Of a stretch of 64,000 nucleotides of DNA, positions 50,779 through 64,000 are shown piece by piece (the stretch's first letter is position 1; each line of letters starts with the position of its first letter). A program made the translations under genes and the position numbers. Under the pieces are notes generated by a model. It was given only the letters and a program-made list of their open reading frames with translations, ran no database searches and was not told the DNA's origin. Source of the stretch: Spirogloea muscicola (lineage: Eukaryota); NCBI GenBank assembly GCA_009602725.1, contig WELB01000013.1, positions 1,047,566 to 1,111,565 on the forward strand. The letters run 5' to 3'.

Positions 50779-53209
50779 GTCGCCTCGGAGCTGCGCGGGG
50801 GGCTCGGCGCGGGGAAGCTCGCGGCGCCCTGGGCGCAGGGCTTCGGGCTGGCCGGCCGGCGCCCGGACCTGCGGCGGAGCCAGCCGCTTGGCACGAGCGT
50901 GAGGCGCCGCTCCCCGGACCTCTGCCGCCGTCTGCTGGCCGTCTCCGTGCCGCCATTGCCGACCTGCTCGCGAGACGGATGGCTCCATTGGCTCCATTGT
51001 GCGGCGCCCTGCAGCTGCTAGACTCGGCTTTGACTGGCCTTCACCACTCCATTGCGTGCTGCAGGGCGCCGCGAGCGCGTCAGGACGGCCGCTCACCTGC
51101 GCCGCCAACGTGAATGACGTAGGCCTCTCTGCCAGCACGGCCTGCAATGCTGCCCCTCAGCTGTCCTCCTCATTGCCCTCAGCCGCTGGCGTTGGACTCG
51201 CCGGTCAGCCCTGTCGGCGGTTGGACACTGCCCGTTCCGACGAGGAATGCTGGATCCTGAGACACAGCAGTGCGAGTAGCCGCCTCGAGATACAATGTGC
51301 TTATGCAGATCGTCAGACCGGTCAGGTTCATTTTTGACATTGATTGAGCAACCCCTCTGTCACGAACTTTGGCACGTCATGCAGGTCGCTGTGGGATCCA
51401 CATCGCCAGCTGTGGCTGACGGCCCCAGAGCCGAGATACCCCAGTTACCAGACTCCAAGCCTCATGACCTGGACGGTCCTGCGGACATCCCCGACATTCA
51501 GGAAACATCTGCATTCATATCTGATGTTGCCAACCTCGTCAAGTAAGCCACCATTTCTTGCTCACTTGCAGGCCTTAGCAAGGTAGTGAGCCCCTTCACG
51601 GTTGCAAGGACGCGCCCGCCGCTTCCTTGGCTTCAAGACTCTCCCTCTGCATAGACGCCCTCACGATTTGCAGCTCATTGGCAACTCTATGCTGGGGGCA
51701 CCTATCCCTACATTGTCACCATTGCATTGAATTGTTAAGCCGTTAGTCCCATTGTCTTGGTTGGTGTGAAGGTGAGCTGCCTTTGGACTGCCTCTGAGGA
51801 TGGCAGAAGCAGCTCACTCTGTCTTATAGCCGTGCTTGAGTTGCCACTCTGCAGGCACTTGTTCATTCTGACAACACTCAAAAGAAGTTCTGCCTGCTGG
51901 TGCTGTGGTGCTGTAGGCTGGTGGACTCGCGGGACATTGTGGAACTGGAGCTGAAGCACAAGCACTATGAGATCACGATCCGGAAGAAGGAAGCACTTCC
52001 CGCCCCTGTGCAGCAGCATCAGGGGTCACTGCCCGGGCCGCATGTCATGGCCCACACCGCCTGGCCGCAGTACATGGCTGCCCCGCCGCCCGCCCCTGCA
52101 GCATCCCCCCCTCCTGTGGCTGCGGCAGCTCCTTCTGCATCAACAGCAGAGCCGGCTGCTCCGCCACCACCTCCCCCCTCCACAGTACCGCCTATGCTGT
52201 CTCCCATGGCTGGCACGTTCTATCGATCTCCAGCACCGGGAGAGCCTCCCTTTGTCAAGGTTGTCAACTCTTGCCCATCTGGCCTTCGCTTATTTGCTGC
52301 AAGTTGCTTACTGAACATGGCATGAGGTTGCTTGTTAGGATCCTTCCGTGTCCATATTGCGATGGTACTTTTGAACTGCCCCTCACACTGTAGTACAAGA
52401 GAAATGAAGATAGTCCATGCTCCACGTTCTCTGTACACTACCCAAGATTGCTTACAAGGGCAGTACCTGCTTTGCATGTCTTGCGAGAAATGCACCAGGT
52501 CGGCGACAAAGTCACCAAAGGGCAGGTTGTCTGCATCGTTGAGGCTATGAAGCTGATGAATGAGATAGAGGTGAGTTCAGGAACATGGCCTTGCTCTTAA
52601 TGCTTTGTGCTGACTTCTTTGAGTTCTCCTACCCACGACTTCTTCTGCTCGGATCAGGAAGTCGTGATGTAAAAGTTGCACAGTCAGGCAGGCTTGTACC
52701 ATTGCTCAGCAGCTAGAAAAGACTAGCTCTCCTTGTTGAAAGTGCCAGATCTATTTTAGCCCTAAGCCTGTCATTCTTAACAGGTGGTATCTTTGGATCG
52801 TAGTGTTTAAGTGCTCCAATCTGTGACCACAGGTAAAGCCAACCAGTAATTAGGCAGCTGCATGAGCAGAATGAGCAAAACCTTTGCTGATATCTTTTGC
52901 AGGCCGACCAGACTGGCACCATTGAGGCCATTCTAACAGATGACAGCAAGCCCGTGGCAATCGATACAGTACGATCCCCACCCTGCTAAAGTTGCACATC
53001 CACATGTCTAGAGTGCCACGTGAAGGCTCCATGAACGGGACATATGTATGTGAAGCACGTACAACCGTTTTTCGTTCAGTTGTAAATTAGCTGACTAGCC
53101 CGAAGTGATGCCATGTGAATACATGGTGTTTCTACTGTGCTTGCTTTGTACTCAAAAGCTTCTCCGTCGCCCAATTTTGTTGCAGCCTCTCTATGCGATC
53201 AAGCCATGA
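50779..53209 (+). CDS. BCCP: Biotin carboxyl carrier protein of plastid heteromeric acetyl-CoA carboxylase; start uncertain (N at 50778)
   Basis: LVDSRDIVELELK, Pro/Ala linker, SPMAGTFYRSPAPGEPPFVK|VGDKV, and EAMKLMNEIE (biotinyl-Lys). Approximate exons: 50779-50898, 51065-51118, 51385-51543, 51917-52259, 52499-52570, 52903-52968, 53186-53209. Confidence 0.93.
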
Positions 53210-53916
53210 GCACTTCAGCGCCACATCACTAGTCCACTTTCGCAGGCAAACTTTGCTCTGTGAAACAATCTGCAGTGGTACATGACTTGGCAACAGGATA
53301 GGTCCTCAATGTGCAACTTAATATTTCTGATATTAGTAGCTGGGCTAGCTCCACGCACTCCGGCACTGGTTAGATCGTTTAGCAATCCGGAATGGCCCAA
53401 AGGCGCCGAGCTATTCTCAGCTGCAATATGTGCATCTCTCTTGAGGTGGTTGTGGACCCAGACATGCTGGGCAAACGGCAATGCCAGCTTGCTACTAGAC
53501 TCCTTGGACTTCAAATGCGCTAGGTGGCAATCCACTGAGAAGTCAAGCTAGATGTAGGCACTAAGGTTGCAAGACAGAGCCGCTCCCAACACTGGCGGCA
53601 ATTGTAATCTGCCGACAGAGAAGAGGGACACACATTGAAGGGTGCACAGGCTAACTAGAAGGGTATGATTGCACCCTCCTCAACTATATCGAGCATGGCA
53701 CAGCAGGCAAGCACCCAAGAGAAGTATAAGAATGGCGTGAGTCAAAACGAGTGTAACAACTCTAGCGATACTGTCTCCATAACCAGCGTGCCAAGATTGC
53801 GATCACCAGGACGAGTGTACCCTCTTCCAGGCCTCCACCGACTGATGTGCAGTGCTAGAAACAAAGACTGGTCCAAGATGCCGCCACAATACACAGGTTC
53901 GGATGCCCTCATGAAC

Positions 53917-58479
<4,563 letters not shown>

Positions 58480-60404
58480 GGCGCCCGGCGCAGGGCCGCG
58501 CTTCACCCGCGGCGGCGGCGGCGGCTGCCGGATCCGGAACCGGAGCGAGGCAGCGGTGGACTCGGCAGCGGAGGGCAGGGCGGGCGCCTGGCCGCGCGAC
58601 GCTCGTTGCGGCAAGCGAGGCGAGGCAGAGCGGAAGGATGGGAGATGGAAGATGGGAGGATGGGGGGCACGCTTCGCGGCGGCGGCGGCGACGGCGGCGG
58701 CGGCGGTGGCGGCGGCGGCGGCGAGACCGGCGGTGGACGGAGCAAGTAACCCTTGGCCTCGCTTGCTGGTGGCGATCCTGCCAGCCAGCGCTCACCACTC
58801 TCCTTCGTGGCTCCGCTGATACACTTATGAACACCCCCCGTATGCACCTGGCTGGCACTTGTTAGAAGAAAGAGCTCGCCTTATTGCGCTCTTCAGCATC
58901 AGCCGCGTTCACTGTCCGAAAGCGCGGCCAGATTGACTGGTGGCTCGCGGAGGCCAGCCCAAAGAGATGGCCAAGCGTTCTTTCTACTGAGTCGCTCGTG
59001 TGCTTTAACGCTTTTCAAGCCCCTTCGATTGTTCAGTTTGTCCTGGGCTGGCCTATCACCGCCATCGCCTTCTTACTGGAAGAGTCTTCCTACTGACACA
59101 AGGGGCTGCACCAGCCAAAACCCTAGGCAAAGACCTGTTCATTCTTTTTTGGGCTGGCTTGTCCAGCCCCTATCCTCAATGGAGCGAGCCCCTCTCAAGA
59201 GAGAAGGCGCGCGGGGCGCATGAAATGAAAGGGAGGCCAATCCAAGCCAGTACATTGTTCAGGCGAAGGCTACTGCAGACTGAACAAGGCTAAATATACC
59301 TAAAGTAAGGTGTCTAAGGAGAGAAGGCGCGCGGGGCGCATGAAATGAAAGAGAGGCCAATTCAAGCCAATACATACACAGGAGGATACAGGGCTTGGAA
59401 GAGCGTAGCCCTTGAAGCTCCCCGAGCGCCGTCCCGCTGCAGGGCACCTCGCCTCTCAGCAACGCTGACCCCTTGACCCCTTGATAATGTGCTTGCCTTT
59501 GTACTTGGCCACACATGGCCTCCCCATCTCTTAATATACACGCACTTTCCTTGACCCCACACCACAACGGGGAGCCCACGCCAAGCAGTCCAGGACCCTA
59601 GCCTCTCTGATTTGCGGCTGCTTAGCAGGGGTTACTGAGTAATTTGTAGCTGCTTTCTTTCTTTGTGTGCTTTGGTTTCTTAGCGCTTCCTCTGGCTTCC
59701 TCTGGCTTGGCAAGTCTGACCCTCTTGCCCAGAGCCGCGCCTGCGCCAGCGCCCGCTCCCCCTAGAGGCGTCAAGCCTTGGGCCAGGGGGTGCAGCAGCT
59801 AGTGAGCTTTCCTCAGACCCGTATGCTATGCGGCAAGTCGTGGACACCCATGGTGAGCAGCTTCGCATCCTGTGCTGGTCATTTGAGCTATTGCACGATG
59901 CCAACCCGTCTCACATACAGCGGTTGTTACTCGATCATTCCAACTGACTCCGCCGAAGCAGCAATATGCTCAAATAGGGGCATTGCACCCATCACTAGTT
60001 GACGCCACTGTATGACTGCTGCGTTGGGTCAAGAAAGTTGTTTGTAGTGAATCTTTTGGGCTTGTCCTGTGAAACCCTAAGCGAGTAGATAGCAATCTGT
60101 CTCTAGAGGACATACTTGGCTTGCGATATGAGTAGGCATTGATCTGTCTTTGGGAGGACAAGTCTGGCTCGGGTTGCCATTTATATTCCTTCTTTGGAGA
60201 ATCTGTTGACCTGAGAAACCAGATCTCATCGCTTGCCAGCCTCTATGACTTGCCACTCGAGACTCGTTCACTTGCCAAGTGGACATTCATTGACCTGAGG
60301 TACTGGTAACTAGATTGCATTTACTTACAACCTCTCTCACTTGCTAGTCAACAGTGCTCTTCCCGTTGGCATGCGTTGGGCTGGCAGGCAACAGGTAGGC
60401 TCAC

Positions 60405-60787
60405 CTGGTTGGAGCTGAAGTCAAGGTACTCAACAGACAGCGGGTATGGCTTCCCATCCTGGAAGCCACCCGCGAGCTTGTTGCCAGCCATGAGTAGCGT
60501 GGCAAGTCCCGGTGGGACTTCCTTATTTGTAGGCGGGGCACCACTGAGCTGGTTGTTGGTAACATCCACAAACACCAGAGCCAATGCACTGGAGAGGTCC
60601 GGCATCCTTCCATTCAGCGCATTGGAGGCCAGCTTCAAACCAGTGAGCGCCGGGAGGCTTCCGAAGGGGCCGAGTGCGCCCATGGAGCCTGTGAAGCCGT
60701 TGCCCGAGAAGTCCAGGCTCACCATGGACGCCGGAAGCTTTGGCAGGTTGCCAGTGAAAGTGTTGCCAGCAGCACCGAATTGCTGCA
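60405..60787 (-). pseudogene. Isolated exon encoding ~5 plant-type leucine-rich repeats
   Basis: Units of the LxxLxLxxNxLxGxxP type (MVSLDFSGNGFTG, LTGLKLASNALNGRMP, LATLLMAGNKLAG), flanked by an acceptor and a CAG|gtgagc donor. No other exons of the gene were found. Confidence 0.7.
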
Positions 60788-60944
60788 GGCGACAGCGTGT
60801 GGAGAGACACGTACCATTGCATACGTAGATGTATAGGTGCTGCAGCAACTGCTAAGCTTGATACAGGTGTCAGGTGATTCACTAATTGCACTAGTCCTCA
60901 ACTTCTTGAGCTTTAGCACTGCGGTCCTGCATCTATCTGGTCTT

Positions 60945-63900
60945 TCAGCTCACTGGACATTGATGCGATGTGGAACATGCACAGCAAGAGCTACTCCCAG
61001 CAGCCAACGTTGCGGTGGCGAGCCACTCGACTGACTGCTTCCTAACCTGGCAGACATGTAGTAAGCAGAGAGGGAGAGGAGGCCGGCACTCACCACAAGG
61101 CTCATGCCTGGTTGATTGTCTTCAACTACTACCAACACGCCTCCCCCTGGGGCGGCGCTCACCACGACCTTCAGCCAGCCTCCTGATGCCGTATACTGCA
61201 TTCGATGATCGAGGAGTAGCAGGAAAGGCATTATGAGAGAGCCATTTTTTGCAACTCGATGCCTGTGGCGTGACGTAGCACTGGCCTACAGAAGGCAGTG
61301 GGAGAAGAAAGGAAGCCAGCTAACAAAAGTAGGTGAGGGTTACTTAGATACCTGTAGAGATATGTCGATGACATTGCTCAAGGCCTGCCGCACGTCAAAG
61401 GCATCCCCTGCAACCAGCGGAAGTACTCCTAGAGGCACGGGGACGTGCTCCAACGCCAGCTGCCGGAGCTGCGCAAGCCCACCAGCAGCTAATACAAGCT
61501 CGGCCACAATGCTGGCCACGTCGCAGGTCTGCCTGTCAATAATGACAAGTGGACAGCAACAACTTAGATGCTTTGGCTCTGAAGCCTTTGTGCTATCAGG
61601 ATTCAGAAGCAATTCCTGGCTTTGTGAGAGGGTAAGCGTCAGTAGTAGCTAGAAAATGCATATGTACTTTCAGCAACAGCATAGCAAATTTCACACTAGG
61701 CATTCTTTCATCTCAGAGTATTAGCTTCTGCAAACATTTGAGTGGTCATGTAAGATCGTACACACCCTCCATTGGGCGCGAGCAAGGGGGTGAGGGCATA
61801 GGGCGGCATTGGGAGCTCCTCGTCACGCAGCTCCTTGAGGAGGCATTGCTGGGAGCCAAGACCCTGGAAACCCCGAAGCCGCTGCGGGCGTGGCGGCTCA
61901 CACTGCGTTTCTGACCATCCATGCTGCAATAGAGGCTCCCGGGCGGATGCCTGCCTGCTGCCGACGCCCTCCACGACCTTGCCTCCCCAAGGCAGCAGCA
62001 AAATGTGAGGGGCAAAGAGCACTGAGGCACAATCCTGCCTGCCAGCTTAAGTCCACTACATTTCCACTTGATCTGAATGTGCAATCAGTAGTAATTAAGG
62101 TATCAACTAAATATGTCACTTCATGGGATTCAAATGTGTGTATGCAACTTTCCTTCTTGTAACTGAACAGTGAGCTGCAGCCCAGGCATGGACACCATTT
62201 TCCTACCTGAGTGGGATATAGCGCCTTCTGCAGCTGCTGGAGCACCTCCGCCATGCGGTCTCCTTGCACCAGGATGTCGTCCACCATGTCATTGGCCAGC
62301 TGCCACACACCAAGAGGAGCACAACGCCGAGCAGTCAGGTGGTGACGGACGAAGGAAGGAGGTTGATGCGAGCCACGTCTGGAATGTCGAGATGCTGATT
62401 TCTCCTCCCTGACTAACTAAATGGCTGTCTGACACACCAATGGAGCCTGCAGCAAGCCTCTCAAAAATGGCAGCAAGCAAACTTCACCTCGCCTTCCTTG
62501 AGCTGCGGGAGCAGCATCTTGCCGAGCGTGCGAAGCGAAGTCAGTGGGCTCCTCACCTGCCCAGCAGCAGCAAACGAAGTCTTGGCAAAGGGTTAAACTC
62601 CAGAGCTTGCAGATTGCAATATTCGAGCTGGATAGGTAAGGGTGTCTTTGCTTGCCCAAATTTAGAAATGGTCCAATCTTGATGTGCTATCCAAATTAAT
62701 CATGCTGACTTGAACTACAGCCTGCTCTAACACCTGCATTCTGAACTGCGCGCTCTTGGCCTCCAATAGACTACTAGAATAGAGCAAGGTAAGTTTTTGG
62801 GTTCTTTGCTATGTAGGGTCCACGCCCAATCAGGTCTCAGAAGGGGCTGTGGTTGTGTGCTCGTGTACCTGCTCCAGAAGCCCGTCAAGTACAACATTCT
62901 TTTGCCAGGAATTTGCCTGCAGCAGCAGCGCCCTCTGCCAGCATTCACCCCCCCCTCCCCAAAAGCCAAGGTGAGGCCTTGCTCATATTGAAGTGACAGC
63001 AAGCGAGCAAAAACAACGACGACGAAGGCCGAGGCTGCCATGCACTGCCAGGTGGGCATTGTATCTTTCAACAATTAAGATAGTACAAAGATAGTACAAG
63101 GCATGCAATGTGCCTCACCTGGTCAATGACGCACGCCATGGCCAGAGTACGGGCGACGTCCGCTGCCCGCCTTTGCTCCTCCGCACTGAAGATTGGGGCC
63201 TTGGCCATCTTGGGCAGGCTCTGCAGGCCCAGGCCTTGCGAGCCCTTCTCGCCACCGGCGCTGACGCTGGCCTTCCCTCCGTCCGGGACGGGGACGCTGC
63301 TCTTCGGCGGCCACACGGGCCGCACGATCTTCAAGGCTGCAGACTTGGTCACGCCCCCACCTCTCTGCACGAAACAGCGACCAGCAAGAAATCAGAAGGC
63401 ATGACAGTACCCTGTCCAACATTTAGCACACGAATGACTTTGCCAGACTGACATGCTCGACAGCGACGACAGATACCTAACAGAGGCTCCCTCACCTGAA
63501 CTTGCGGCAGAATGCGCTCAGCCACAACAAGCCCGACAAGGAACGAGTCCTTGGCCATAGGCAGCACCAGGGTCCGGCACTCGGGGAGCTCAACAGCCTG
63601 CACATCCGATCAGCCAGCCGGCAATGTGAGGTCAAGTTGACAAGATGCATTTCCAACTACAGTGCAACAGGAGCAACCAAGCAAGATCTCTGCAAGCTGA
63701 AGTATACATGCAGAGGGTTTGCTACGGTACCTCGTGCCCAACCAGTGCGGTCTCAACCAGCCGCGAGGACACGGCGCCGTCCATGTCCCCAGCCAGCACC
63801 AGCACCTTCTCCTGCGCCCAGTCGGGCCTGGACTCGGGGTGCGAGGCGACGCGCTGCAGCTCCAGGTGTCCCAACGTGTAGCTCTCTGGCATCCGGACAT

Positions 63901-64000
63901 AGACCTGCACCTCACCGCACCCGTTAAGGCCGCGTGACCTGAGACATGTCGGGCAGCAGTCTATCTTGCAGCAACACACATGGCCATGGAAGGGACTCAG
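60945..64000 (-). CDS. CSK: Chloroplast sensor kinase (Hik2 homologue; GAF, modified HisKA, partial HATPase); 5' end lies outside the window and the 3' end appears truncated
   Basis: VYVRMPESYTLGHLELQRV; LVLPMAKDSFLVGLVVAE; VARTLAMACVIDQ|RALLLQANSWQ...LLEQ|VRSPLTSLRTLGKML; DILVQGDRM; ELPMPPYALTPL; VRQALSNVI; APGGGVLVVVEDNQPGM. Confidence 0.88.

Overview
Eukaryotic, intron-rich, GC-rich green-plant DNA. A streptophyte alga is inferred from the land-plant-type CSK, PKp-beta and BCCP genes. The first ~41.6 kb is a nested cluster of Ty3/Gypsy chromovirus LTR retrotransposons with at least three nesting levels, solo LTRs with 5-bp TSDs and tRNA-iMet PBSs; every coding region is broken. A ~1.77-kb inverted repeat (1545-3308 / 39797-41572) brackets this cluster. 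Intergenic spacers carry many 5'-truncated tails of a CRE-clade, restriction-like-endonuclease non-LTR retrotransposon and more than 20 copies of a short hairpin motif, TTTGGGCTGGCCTYTCACAGCC, that follows those tails. The right third holds host genes: plastid pyruvate kinase beta (+), ACCase BCCP (+), a DBP2/RH20/RH30-type DEAD-box helicase (-), an orphan LRR exon (-) and an apparently 3'-truncated chloroplast sensor kinase (-). The strongest leads are a degenerate DNA adenine-methyltransferase-like domain in frame between Gag and protease, a ~325-nt fold-back in the DBP2 motif-V intron, and the CRE tail/hairpin system concentrated upstream of genes. All alignments were made by eye, and boundaries marked approximate are not exact.
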